A DNA stretch of 26,370 bases from Ktedonobacterales bacterium (GCA_025928125.1 JAICKD010000001.1:1-26370); one strand, 5' to 3'; positions 7,292 to 16,240 are shown, counted from the stretch's first letter. The notes: a model not told the origin generated them from the sequence alone. Program-made: numbers and translations.

Positions 7292-8572
7292 ATGCGCCTG
7301 ACACGCGCGGTGACCAACATCCGACTGTGTGCTGCCAACGACGCCAAGGTGCAGGCGCTTGATGCAGTAGCGGCTGAATTCAAGGCACTTTGCCAGCAGT
7401 ATGTCACCCATTTCTGCACAGAAGCCGAGCCGGATGGGTACGCCGATCCTTGCTTCGTCAGCCCGCTCTCCCAGCGATGGCATCGTGTCGCCATTCAGCA
7501 GGCTGCTGGTGTTGCCCGGTCGTGGCGAACCAATTACCTGCGAGCCCAGGACGACTTCGCTGATACAATGGCCAACTGGTATGAAGAGAGGTGTGAGCGA
7601 AGGAACGCCGCCGAGGATATGCCACCAGAGTGGAAGCCGTGGAAGACGCCGACGCTCAGGAAGATCGTCATCCGGGCCAACGCCAATGTGGCCGTCCTCC
7701 AGCCAAGCGAGAATAGCACCTTTGCCTACTGGCTTCGCGTCTCGACCTTAGACAAGGGCAGACCTCTCTTCCTCCCGGTTCAGGTAGCGGCCTATCATGA
7801 GCAGTGTCTGGCTGGAAAGATGTTGGACAGCAGTGTGACATTGATACGGAAGCCAGATGGTTGGTGGCTGACTGTAACCTATGAAGACGAGGTACCTCTG
7901 CAGACACTGCCAAGCGCTCCTGTGGTTGGCGTAGATGTGGGCATAAGTCACTTTCTCACTACCTCAACGGGAAAACACTATGGCTCCTTCCAGGGATCTC
8001 TGGCCAAACGCCACCAGCGAGACCGTGAGAAGCGACGACGCAAGGCAAAACTGCGAGCCTGCCTCAAAAAGAAAGGTATCGAGCGTCTTCCATCCGTTCA
8101 GAATTTCAAGTTGGCTCGCACGGTCAGGCAGGAAATTAATCGGGCGATCAACCAACTGTATTTGGAGCATCCTGGCAGCCAGATTGCCTTCGAGCAACTC
8201 AATGTCGCTGGGATGCGCTTCAAGACTCGGCGCATGAATGCTTCTCTCTATGCCTCTAACTTGGCGCATCTACCCCGGCAACTTGCTTGGGGCGCGGCCA
8301 AGCGAGGAATACAGGCGACCACAGTCAAGAGCGCCTACACCTCCCAGGAATGCCAGCGATGTCATCATGTAGCCCGAAGCAATCGTCCCACGCAGCAAAC
8401 GTTTTGCTGTGAGGTATGCGGTTTTCGGGCGAACGCCGACGCGAATGCAGCAGTTAACATCGCAAGCCGGGCCAGAGATAACGAGGTGCAGGCGACTACG
8501 AGTCGACAGGATTTGAAAAACCTCCTGGATCAGCGCCACCAGCGGTGGCGACTAGAAACCGGTTGGCCGTAG
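7292..8572 (+). CDS. tnpB: TnpB RNA-guided endonuclease (IS200/IS605 OrfB family), 426 aa
   Basis: RuvC-I VVGVDVG, RuvC-II IAFEQL, AYTSQECQRC...CEVC zinc ribbon, RuvC-III NADANAAVNI, and an Arg/Lys-rich bridge region. Lower GC than flanking genes. Confidence 0.95.
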   Translation: MRLTRAVTNIRLCAANDAKVQALDAVAAEFKALCQQYVTHFCTEAEPDGYADPCFVSPLSQRWHRVAIQQAAGVARSWRTNYLRAQDDFADTMANWYEERCERRNAAEDMPPEWKPWKTPTLRKIVIRANANVAVLQPSENSTFAYWLRVSTLDKGRPLFLPVQVAAYHEQCLAGKMLDSSVTLIRKPDGWWLTVTYEDEVPLQTLPSAPVVGVDVGISHFLTTSTGKHYGSFQGSLAKRHQRDREKRRRKAKLRACLKKKGIERLPSVQNFKLARTVRQEINRAINQLYLEHPGSQIAFEQLNVAGMRFKTRRMNASLYASNLAHLPRQLAWGAAKRGIQATTVKSAYTSQECQRCHHVARSNRPTQQTFCCEVCGFRANADANAAVNIASRARDNEVQATTSRQDLKNLLDQRHQRWRLETGWP

Positions 8573-8648
8573 TCCAACCGCCCGCCGAGTTGTTCTGTCA
8601 ACCGGCGTAGGTTTAATGGGTGAAATAGCAGCGGCTATTTTGCTTAAC
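7292..8648 (+). mobile_element. Non-autonomous IS200/IS605-like element (tnpB only); left end undefined, right end about 8648
   Basis: No tnpA or serine recombinase nearby. Subterminal hairpin AAATAGC-AGCG-GCTATTT followed by TGCTTAAC, then return to host-like sequence. Confidence 0.6.
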
Positions 8649-8664
8649 TATAATGAGGGAGCGC
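8534..8664 (+). ncRNA. Putative omegaRNA/reRNA scaffold plus flank-derived guide (5' end may lie further upstream)
   Basis: Four consecutive hairpins (8534-8550, 8560-8580, 8583-8607, 8623-8640) overlapping the tnpB 3' end, as known for TnpB reRNAs. Confidence 0.6.
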
Positions 8665-8842
8665 GGTTCCGCCCGTGTTGTGCGTAGAATTCGTCTAATG
8701 TAGGGCGTTTTTTCCTACACGACTGACCGAAATGACGAAGCACCGCACGATACAGGAGGCTGCGCGCATGCAGAGCAATGGATTCCACGGGGTGTCACCT
8801 GCGGACGGCACGATGAACGTGCTCACGAGAGAGGATGAGACG

Positions 8843-9637
8843 ATGGCACGCAAGACACAGAATGGCGATGCCGACAACGCCGATGCGCAGCCAGGAGCGA
8901 ACGATGCCAGCCTCGAAGCGGGTGAGACGATTCGGGTGATGCTGGCCGATGACCATGTGCTCGTGCGCGAGGGTACCCGCCGCCTGCTCGAAGCCGAGCC
9001 AGATATTGAGGTGATTGCCGAGGCTGGCGATGGTATCTCCGCCGTCGAGCAGGCCGTCGCCAGCCAGCCGGATGTGCTGATTATCGACGTGGCGATGCCT
9101 GGCATGAGCGGCATCGAGGCGACGCGCCACATCAAGCAGCAGCTGCCAAAGGTCGCGGTGCTGGCGCTGACGGCCTATGACGATGACCAGTATGTGCTGG
9201 CGCTGCTCAACGCGGGCGCAGCGGGCTTCCTGCTCAAAGATGTGCGCGGCCAGGAGTTGGTGACGGCAGTGCGCTCGGTCCACCGTGGCGAGGCGGTGCT
9301 TCAGCCGGCGATCGCGGTGCGCGCGCTACGCCAGGCGGGTTCGCAGCGCTCGCCCACCGTCTCGATGCCCCCGCTCTCTGACCGGGAGATGGAGGTGCTG
9401 CGCGAGGCGGCGCGTGGCCTGCCCAATAAGGATATCGCCCGCCGTCTGAACCTGAGCGTGCGCACCATCCACACCCATCTGGGCAACATCTTCGCCAAGC
9501 TGGGCGTTGGCTCGCGCACCGAGGCGGTGTTGCTGGCGCTGCGCCGGGGATGGATCGCGCTGGACGACACTGAGCATCCCGATCTGACCGGCGCTGTGAC
9601 GCTAGCTGAGGCTACCCCGACCGAGGGTGAAGAGTAA
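8843..9637 (+). CDS. NarL/LuxR-family response regulator
   Basis: LADDH, phospho-acceptor IIDVAMP, LTAYDD, GFLLK and LuxR HTH (LSDRE...NKDIA...SVRTIHTHLGNIFAKL). Start revised to 8843. Confidence 0.95.
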   Translation: MARKTQNGDADNADAQPGANDASLEAGETIRVMLADDHVLVREGTRRLLEAEPDIEVIAEAGDGISAVEQAVASQPDVLIIDVAMPGMSGIEATRHIKQQLPKVAVLALTAYDDDQYVLALLNAGAAGFLLKDVRGQELVTAVRSVHRGEAVLQPAIAVRALRQAGSQRSPTVSMPPLSDREMEVLREAARGLPNKDIARRLNLSVRTIHTHLGNIFAKLGVGSRTEAVLLALRRGWIALDDTEHPDLTGAVTLAEATPTEGEE

Positions 9638-9758
9638 TCACTTCTTGGGGTCGCGCTTGCGCGTTCTGCTCCAAATGGGGTACGTTGCTCTCATCCGCAT
9701 CTCTACCTAACGCCACCTGATGGCCTGAGTATGAGCTGCGGATGTAGGGAGCAGCGGT

Positions 9759-11354
9759 ATGCGAGCAGAGCGTCATCGGGTCGGCGCCTCAGGGAAATTC
9801 CTTGCGCTGGTGTCGTCTCTTACCGACTACTTTGTACACAACATGGGACTACTGTTTGTTCTGATCGGGATAACCATCGCCTGGGCGTTTTGGGGACCGG
9901 TCTCGGCTCAGCCAAATTCACCACCCCAGGCGATGCTGATACTGACGGTGCTGACCCTCGGCACCGCGTTTTTCGTGCGGGTGACCCGCCAGCGATTTGG
10001 CCTGGATGCCCGCACGAGCCAACTGCTGCCTGACCCGCTCTATACGCTCTATCTGGCGACAGTCGTCCTGGCTGGCACGACCGGCGCGATTGTGCTGGCG
10101 CTCGTCGTCCCGCTGATCGCCGGAGCGCCCGATGTCATACGCAACCGGCAAAACCTGCCACTCATCCTGCGCCAGTCCGCGGCGGCTGGCATCACAACGC
10201 TCTGCGCGGGACTTGTCTACGTGGCGAGCGCCGCGCCATTTGGCGCCTCCGTCAGCTCGCAGCTACACGGCCATATCGTCGGCGCGGTGCTGGCGTCGGG
10301 GGTGATGTTTGCCGGGGCGGTGGGCTTCCGTCTGCTGGAGCAGCGCCTCAGCAACCTGCCCATGCCCGTCTCCTGGAAAGCCTTCCTTGCCGCCCCCGCG
10401 ATCCGCTTCCAGCTGATGATGCTGGTCATCGGCCCGCTGCTCCCTCTGGCCGAGATCCTTGATGACTTCGAGGCGGAGGTCTCGTGGCTGCTCTTTCTGG
10501 TGCCGCTCTCGGCCATCTACTACCTGGCGCTCCTGAGCGTCCGCCTGGAACAGCGCACCGAGGAATTGCAGCAGACGGTCCTCAAGCTCGGCGTGGCCCG
10601 CGAGCGTGAGGCAGCCCTCGAAGACTACGCCGCCCTGGTGACCACTGCCCAGGAGGAGGAACGTCGCCGTCTCTCGCGCGAGCTGCATGACGATACGGCG
10701 CAGACGCTGGTGGCGCTCTCGCGCGGGCTAGACGCGCTCTCCTCGCGGCGTCCCGATCAGTTTGTGGCGGAGCACGATACTCGCTTCATCGCGGAACTAG
10801 GCGATCTCGCCAAGCGCAGCCTGGATAGCATCCGCCGCGCCTGCCAGGACCTGCGCCCCTCTGTATTGGACGACCTAGGGCTTGCCGCCGCGCTGGCCTC
10901 GCTGGCGACCAGCACAACGCAGCGCGGGCTGGAATGCGAATTCGAGCAGGAGGGCGAAAGCAGCCGACCCGGCACGCGCGAATTCGAGGTGACAATCTAT
11001 CGCATCGCTCAGGAAGCGCTCTCCAACGCGCGCCGCCACGCCAACGCCACCAGCGCCAAAATCACGCTGAAATACGATGAAGACTGGCTCACACTGACAG
11101 TTGCGGATAACGGCCAGGGCTTCTCGGTCGCGGAGACGCTGAGCCGGGTGCGTTCGCCCCAGGCGAAAGGCGACGCCGAATCGCGTAGCGGTCTCGGTCT
11201 GCGTGGCATGCGCGAGCGCGCCGGGCTGATCAAGGCCCATCTGGAGATCGAGAGCGACCCCGAGCTTGGCACGACCGTCATACTCACCGTGCCGCTGAGC
11301 GCTCCCGCCAAAGTCGAGGCGCCCACGCACGATCTCGCCCAGCCCACCGCGTGA
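9759..11354 (+). CDS. Membrane sensor histidine kinase (HisKA_3, NarX/UhpB-like)
   Basis: About 8 N-terminal TM helices, H-box EEERRRLSRELHDD, N-box QEALSNARRHA, DNGQGF, GLGLRGMRER. Confidence 0.95.
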   Translation: MRAERHRVGASGKFLALVSSLTDYFVHNMGLLFVLIGITIAWAFWGPVSAQPNSPPQAMLILTVLTLGTAFFVRVTRQRFGLDARTSQLLPDPLYTLYLATVVLAGTTGAIVLALVVPLIAGAPDVIRNRQNLPLILRQSAAAGITTLCAGLVYVASAAPFGASVSSQLHGHIVGAVLASGVMFAGAVGFRLLEQRLSNLPMPVSWKAFLAAPAIRFQLMMLVIGPLLPLAEILDDFEAEVSWLLFLVPLSAIYYLALLSVRLEQRTEELQQTVLKLGVAREREAALEDYAALVTTAQEEERRRLSRELHDDTAQTLVALSRGLDALSSRRPDQFVAEHDTRFIAELGDLAKRSLDSIRRACQDLRPSVLDDLGLAAALASLATSTTQRGLECEFEQEGESSRPGTREFEVTIYRIAQEALSNARRHANATSAKITLKYDEDWLTLTVADNGQGFSVAETLSRVRSPQAKGDAESRSGLGLRGMRERAGLIKAHLEIESDPELGTTVILTVPLSAPAKVEAPTHDLAQPTA

Positions 11355-11393
11355 GACCTCACCCCCGGCCCCTCTCCTACGAGGAGAGGGGAG
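11355..11393 (+). repeat. CCCTCTCC/GGAGAGGG hairpin repeat, copy A
   Basis: GACCTCACCCCCGG-CCCCTCTCCT-ACG-AGGAGAGGGG-AG (10-bp stem) between convergent genes. Confidence 0.8.
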
Positions 11394-11409
11394 TTAGTAT
11401 CCCGATGCG

Positions 11410-12741
11410 CTACCCGAAGCGGCGCAGCGCCTGATAGATGGCCTCCGCGCCAAAGTTCACCGCCTCTACGGGGATGCGCTCGTCGGCGGCGTGGATAAGC
11501 TGGATGACGGGGAAATCGGCGGGCAGGCGCATCGGCAGGTAGCCATACGTCTGGATGCCCAGCCGCGCGAGGTGGCGTCCGTCGGTGACGCCCGCGAGCA
11601 GCAGCGGAATCGGCGTCCCCTCGGGGTCGGCCTCGCGGAGAATCCCCGCCAGCGTCTCGAAGAGGCCCATATCAGGCTCGGCGGTTGGCGTCAGGTCGCT
11701 GCGCCCGGCGGAGAACTCGGCCAGGTCGCCCGCCAGCTGACGCAGCTCCGCCAACATCTCCTCCGGGGTGAATCCCGGCAGCAGCCGCCCATCCAGCGCC
11801 AGCGTGATCTCGCTGGGGATGACGTTCTCTTTGTCGCCACCGCGCACGACGGTCGCGTTGACGGTATTGTGCAGCAGCGGATCGAAGAGCGTACCCTGCG
11901 CGCCGAGCGCGTCGAGCGTCGCGTCGGTCCGCTCCGGGTCGAGCAGCGGGCGCATGTGATCCGCCAGTTCCGGTGGCAACGCATTCGCCATCCCCTCGAT
12001 CATCATGCGCGTGACCGGGGTGATGTGCGGCGGCAGCCGGTGCTGGTCGAGTCGCTGGAGCAGTTGTCCGAGCTTTGCCATCGCGCCGCCATGCATCGGC
12101 AGCGAGCCATGGCCGCCGGGACCGCGCACCGTCGCCGTGATGGCCACCCCCTGCTTTTCGGCGACCATAATCGGATAGAATCGCTGCGCGCCGATGTAGA
12201 TCGTGAAGCCGCCAATCTCGCCGATGGCATAGCGCACCCCGCGAAACAGGTCGGCGTGCTCGTCGACGAGATAGCGCGCGCCATAGTCGCCCCAGTTCTC
12301 CTCGTCGGCCAGCGCGGCGAAGATCACGTCGCCCGGCAGGTCGGCGCCTTCCGCGGCGGCGCGCAGGAACGCGGCGAGCATCATGGCGACGCCGCCCTTC
12401 ATGTCGAGCGCGCCACGCCCCCAGATCGCGCCATCGGCCAGATCGCCGGAGAACGGCGGATGGCTCCAGCTTTGCCCCGCCGTCGTGACGACATCCACAT
12501 GGCCATAGAGTAGCAGCGGCGGCGCATTGCCCCGGCCAGCCAGACGAGCGACCAGATTCGGACGGGCGGGATCGCGCGCCAGGATGGTCGCGGGTATACC
12601 GGCCTCGGCCAGATGAAATAGGATATAGGCAATGCAGGCGGCCTCGTTGCCAGGCGGATTGGTCGTATCGTAGCGAATCAGGTGTTGCAGCAGTTCGGCA
12701 GGGCGTGTGTAGAGCGGCGAGCCAGCATCGGCGGTGGACAT
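11410..12741 (-). CDS. M20/M25/M40 family metallopeptidase (ArgE/DapE-like)
   Basis: DTTNPPGNE, YGHVDVV, GRGALDMKG, ADEE, TDGRH, HAADE. Start revised to 12741 (RBS GGAGG). Confidence 0.95.
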   Translation of the reverse strand: MSTADAGSPLYTRPAELLQHLIRYDTTNPPGNEAACIAYILFHLAEAGIPATILARDPARPNLVARLAGRGNAPPLLLYGHVDVVTTAGQSWSHPPFSGDLADGAIWGRGALDMKGGVAMMLAAFLRAAAEGADLPGDVIFAALADEENWGDYGARYLVDEHADLFRGVRYAIGEIGGFTIYIGAQRFYPIMVAEKQGVAITATVRGPGGHGSLPMHGGAMAKLGQLLQRLDQHRLPPHITPVTRMMIEGMANALPPELADHMRPLLDPERTDATLDALGAQGTLFDPLLHNTVNATVVRGGDKENVIPSEITLALDGRLLPGFTPEEMLAELRQLAGDLAEFSAGRSDLTPTAEPDMGLFETLAGILREADPEGTPIPLLLAGVTDGRHLARLGIQTYGYLPMRLPADFPVIQLIHAADERIPVEAVNFGAEAIYQALRRFG

Positions 12742-12834
12742 CGGCAGAAACCTCCATCTTCGCGAACATCTCTTACAGCGCATTGTGAAGCTTCGCAGTG
12801 TGAGATGCAAGAGGCGCTTCGAGAAACCTACTTC

Positions 12835-12876
12835 GGTTCCCTCTCTCCTGTGGAGAGGGGGTCAGGGAATGAGGTC
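12835..12876 (-). repeat. CCCTCTCC/GGAGAGGG hairpin repeat, copy B
   Basis: Reverse complement GACCTCATTCCCTGACCCCCTCTCC-ACA-GGAGAGAGGGAACC, same layout as copy A. Confidence 0.75.
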
Positions 12877-13099
12877 AGCGCGAGCAATTTTGGCGCATTC
12901 ACCCAATATGGCTATACGGCGACCGCATCCTTCCGAGCCGCTGGCTCGTCTAAAGAATCGGACGGAATGAAACGTCTCCTCAGGGAACAAAGTCCCCCAA
13001 CACTCGCCAAAACTCGTCATCGGTTGGCACAGGCTGCCATTGATCGCCAGCAAATAGACATTGGAAGGCGATCTTGGGTAATTTTCACCGATTGCGTGA

Positions 13100-13128
13100 T
13101 TGTCAGAAGCTCTTGCTCGTATTACACT
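13100..13128 (+). promoter_or_regulatory. Sigma70-type promoter
   Basis: TTGTCA-N17-TACACT. Confidence 0.7.
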
Positions 13129-13129
13129 A

Positions 13130-13145
13130 TAGAACATTGGTTCTA
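13130..13145. promoter_or_regulatory. Putative LexA (SOS) box
   Basis: TAGAAC-ATTG-GTTCTA, a GAAC-N4-GTTC motif with 6-bp perfect arms over the predicted +1. Confidence 0.65.
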
Positions 13146-13237
13146 GTTACAGGCGAGTGGTTGGTTGAGCGATGCAGATGAGAGAACACCGCGCCGGGAT
13201 GTCACCGAGCATCCCTGGCAGAAAGGGGAAGAGAGGC

Positions 13238-13675
13238 ATGTCACAGGTACTGGTTGTGGATGATGACCGCGCCATCCGCGAATTGCTGCGCTATGCGCTG
13301 GAGGCAGAGGGCTATGTGGTGACGCAGTTCCGCGATGGCCGGGGCGTCGTCGAGACGCTGGAGGCGGCGCAGGAGCCATGCGTCGTGCTGATGGATCTGA
13401 TGATGCCGGAGATGAACGGCTGGGATGTCTGCCGCGCCCTCGAAACACGGGGCGGGCTGAAGCAGCGGCACGGGCTGGCGCTGATGTCGGCGGGGCTGCT
13501 GCCTGGCCAGGAATATCCGGCGGTGGTGGATGCGCTGGTGCGCAAGCCTTTCCGGCTGGACCAAGTCTATACGCTGGTCGAGGCGATGTTCGAGGCGCTG
13601 GCCGAACAGGCCGACGAGCAGGCGCTCGTTCCCGTCCTGACGTGTGAGTCACAGGCGATGGGGTCGGTGGCGTGA
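13238..13675 (+). CDS. Single-domain response regulator (CheY-like receiver)
   Basis: VLVVDDD, LMDLMMPEMNG, LMSA, RKPF; no output domain. Start revised to 13238 (RBS GAGAGG). Confidence 0.9.
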   Translation: MSQVLVVDDDRAIRELLRYALEAEGYVVTQFRDGRGVVETLEAAQEPCVVLMDLMMPEMNGWDVCRALETRGGLKQRHGLALMSAGLLPGQEYPAVVDALVRKPFRLDQVYTLVEAMFEALAEQADEQALVPVLTCESQAMGSVA

Positions 13676-13834
13676 GCGTGGTGGCTGTGACGGTTGGTTT
13701 GGTTTGGCTGCATGCGCATGAGATGCGGGACTAGGGCGGCGGTGGGTAATTGCCACTGTCGCCTTTCGCTTTGATCGCATCCGCCAGCGCCTGATAGCTC
13801 GGCGCGCAACATGGGTATCAAGAGCATCGTTCAG

Positions 13835-15109
13835 TTATCGCGGGCGCTCCGGCTCGGGCAGGTGGAGCAGCCGCGCCGCCTGGGCGGGCGAGACGACGCC
13901 GAGCGGAATCAGCCGGGCGAAGGCCTCGGCGCGGGCGGCGAAATCCTCTGGCTCTTCGATGCCGCCGAAGCTGATGGTGAAGCGCGGATCGAGCCACTGG
14001 CGCACTTTGCGTGTGAGGAAGGTGGAGGCTAGCGCGACAACTGGCGCGACGGCGCGGCGATAGACGACGTTTTGCTGCGACTCGCCGACGCTGCGGTTGC
14101 TGGTATCGGTGAAGCCCAACTCGTCCATCGTCAGACCGAAGGCGGCGACGGTGACGTTGAGCAGGAAGCGGTCGAACTCGACCAGCGGATCGTCGCCCGC
14201 GAGCGCGAGCCAGTTGCTTCCCGGTGGCAGCGCCTTCGCACGCACGCGCCAGGCGTCGTTGCCCGCCAGCAATCCATTGAAGGCGCGCTCGAATGTCTCT
14301 AGTTGGTCGGGCGTCCAGGTGAGGCTGGCGGGCGGCTGAATCAGCCCCAGCGGCGTCGCGCCATCAGTGAAGCGGGTTAGGTCGAAGTTCTGCTTGCGCA
14401 GGGCCTGATTGACCCGCAGGAGAATCCGCTCGACGCGCGAGATGCCATAGACGCTCTCAGTGCGGGCAGTCTCGCGCAGGTAGTCCATCTCGTCGTGGGT
14501 ATAGTCGCCCGCGACGATGCCATAGAGCACCTGCTGATAGGCGGGCGCGGGCGCCTGGGGTGTGCGTCCGGCCTCATCCACCAGCGGTTTGATCGTCTCA
14601 CCAGCGACCAACTCTAACGCATAGAGCTGACCGGAGCGGGTGAGGCGGGTGTAGACGGCGACGGCGTCGATCTCCAGCAGGTCGCGCACGAAGGCGACCA
14701 GCCACGAGCGCAAATCCTGAATGCGGTCGGGCGATTCGAGCAGCGCCTCGATACGCCGGGCAGGCTCGCGCCAGCGTGGCGCGGTGGCATCCTCCCCATC
14801 GGCCAGCAGCGCGGCGCGCGGCAAGACCCGTAGCTCCAGCCGCCCAATCAGGTCGAAGTAGACGCGCTCGCAGATCTGGATGCCGTCGTAGAGCGCGGCG
14901 AGGTTGCGCAGCTGCTCGAAGGTGGTCGTCTCGGTGGCGCGTGGCCGCTGGGTGAGGTTGAAGCCGACGGGATAGGCCCACTGGCGCGGCTGCCGACTGA
15001 GGCTATCCAGCGCGGTCGGCGCGGGTGGCGTTCCCGGCGCGAAGCTCACCATCGCCTCTATCGTCTCGTGCGCGCCACGCTGCCCGCGCGCTTTTCGTTT
15101 GCCGCCCAT
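13835..15109 (-). CDS. Phage portal protein (orphan), 424 aa
   Basis: Portal-like features: DLLEIDAVAVY, LELVAGETIKP, YGISRVE, FTDGATPLG, NVTVAAFG...ELG, C-terminal VSPAQAARLL. Start revised to 15109. Confidence 0.8.
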   Translation of the reverse strand: MGGKRKARGQRGAHETIEAMVSFAPGTPPAPTALDSLSRQPRQWAYPVGFNLTQRPRATETTTFEQLRNLAALYDGIQICERVYFDLIGRLELRVLPRAALLADGEDATAPRWREPARRIEALLESPDRIQDLRSWLVAFVRDLLEIDAVAVYTRLTRSGQLYALELVAGETIKPLVDEAGRTPQAPAPAYQQVLYGIVAGDYTHDEMDYLRETARTESVYGISRVERILLRVNQALRKQNFDLTRFTDGATPLGLIQPPASLTWTPDQLETFERAFNGLLAGNDAWRVRAKALPPGSNWLALAGDDPLVEFDRFLLNVTVAAFGLTMDELGFTDTSNRSVGESQQNVVYRRAVAPVVALASTFLTRKVRQWLDPRFTISFGGIEEPEDFAARAEAFARLIPLGVVSPAQAARLLHLPEPERPR

Positions 15110-15349
15110 CGCTTCTTCCCTGCCTCTCCACCTGGCCAGACACACGCTATCTCGTCAAAAGGTAGCATGGTCGCGGGGATGGCACGAGAGCGACAGACGC
15201 CAGCAACGTGGTGAAGATGTGGACAGCGGCGGTCACGGGATGATGCGGACAGGTCTTAAGTATGTGTTTAAGAAGTCGCCGCAGGATCCGGCTCATTCTT
15301 TCGATATGGACTTCCTTCTGAGGCCGGACAGTAAGCCTTAGACGCTATC

Positions 15350-16240
15350 TCAGTCGCTAAGTATCGCAAGAGACACCTGGCGAAAAACGGCAGGATCGGC
15401 CATCACGTGGATCTGGGCAATTTTGCCACCTCTGATCGTGAACTGAGCAACATAGCGTAGCCGTCCATAGGGGGCCACGACAACTCCAGTCGCGCCGTTC
15501 ACGAGAACTGGTTGCGCGAACCGAGCCAGCCGCAAGAAGGCTCTTGCCTGCTTGACCACAGCCGTCGCTCCACGAACGACCTGTGACTTGCCCGACGCCC
15601 AGTCGGCCCGGTACACAACGTCTGGATCGAGCAGTGCGAGCAGCGCATCGAAGTTGCCAGACCGCGAGGCAGCCAGGAAGGCGTCAACCATTTCTCGGCT
15701 TGCGGCCAGATCAGCGTCAGCGTCCTTTGCTCCTCCGCGCACCCGGTGGCGTGCGCGGCTCGCGAGCTGCCTGGTCGCGGTCTCGGAGCGCTCCACGAGC
15801 GGAGCAATCTCGTCGTAAGGAACAGCAAAGATATCGTGCAGCACGAAGGCGAGGCGCTCGGCGGGAGAAAGTTCCTCAAGGACCACCAGCAACGCAAGGC
15901 CAACCGAGTCGGCCATCAGCGTCTCTCGCTCCGGATCCGTCACGCCAGACTCTGGCTCCAGGAAGCCTGGCTCACGCTCGGCGTCCTCCAGAGACTCCTC
16001 GCGCCGCAGTTTGCGCGCACGCAGCATGTTCAGGCTGATGCGCGCCACCACCGTGGTCAGCCATCGGCCCATATCCCGGACAGAACTGGTGTCAGAGCGG
16101 CTGAGATGGAGCCAGGCTTCCTGGATCGCGTCCTCTGCCTCCGAGAGTGAGCCGAGCAATCGGTAGGCCACCGCGCGCAGGCGGGGACGCTCGACCTCAA
16201 ATGCTTGCGCTAGCCATTCGTGTTTCTCCATTTTCTCCAT
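15350..16240 (-). CDS. ECF sigma factor with C-terminal SnoaL-like extension (ECF41/SigJ-like)
   Basis: ERPRLRAVAYRLLGSLSEAEDAIQEAW, ERLAFVLHDIF, RQLASRAR, then FLAASRSGNFDALLALLDPDV (SnoaL-like). Confidence 0.92.
   Translation of the reverse strand: MEKMEKHEWLAQAFEVERPRLRAVAYRLLGSLSEAEDAIQEAWLHLSRSDTSSVRDMGRWLTTVVARISLNMLRARKLRREESLEDAEREPGFLEPESGVTDPERETLMADSVGLALLVVLEELSPAERLAFVLHDIFAVPYDEIAPLVERSETATRQLASRARHRVRGGAKDADADLAASREMVDAFLAASRSGNFDALLALLDPDVVYRADWASGKSQVVRGATAVVKQARAFLRLARFAQPVLVNGATGVVVAPYGRLRYVAQFTIRGGKIAQIHVMADPAVFRQVSLAILSD

Noticed and set aside
7152-7292. 46-codon ORF overlapping the tnpB start (TGATG) as a tnpA remnant
   Set aside because: No HUH/catalytic Tyr or serine-recombinase motif; tnpB has its own RBS and candidate promoter inside this stretch.
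7292-8572. Nuclease-dead TnpB (TldR-like repressor)
   Set aside because: All three RuvC catalytic residues are present.
6883-8842. CRISPR array making TnpB a Cas12f-type effector
   Set aside because: No regularly spaced direct repeats on either side, nor anywhere in the window.
11491-12769. Long alternative ORFs 11491..12513 (+) and 11672..12769 (-)
   Set aside because: Shadow frames of the GC-rich M20 peptidase gene, Arg/Ala-rich and without motifs.
13676-15349. Prophage around the portal gene
   Set aside because: Flanks contain no terminase, capsid, tail or integrase fragments that I can recognise; ORFs 13567..13827 and 15099..15341 look non-coding.
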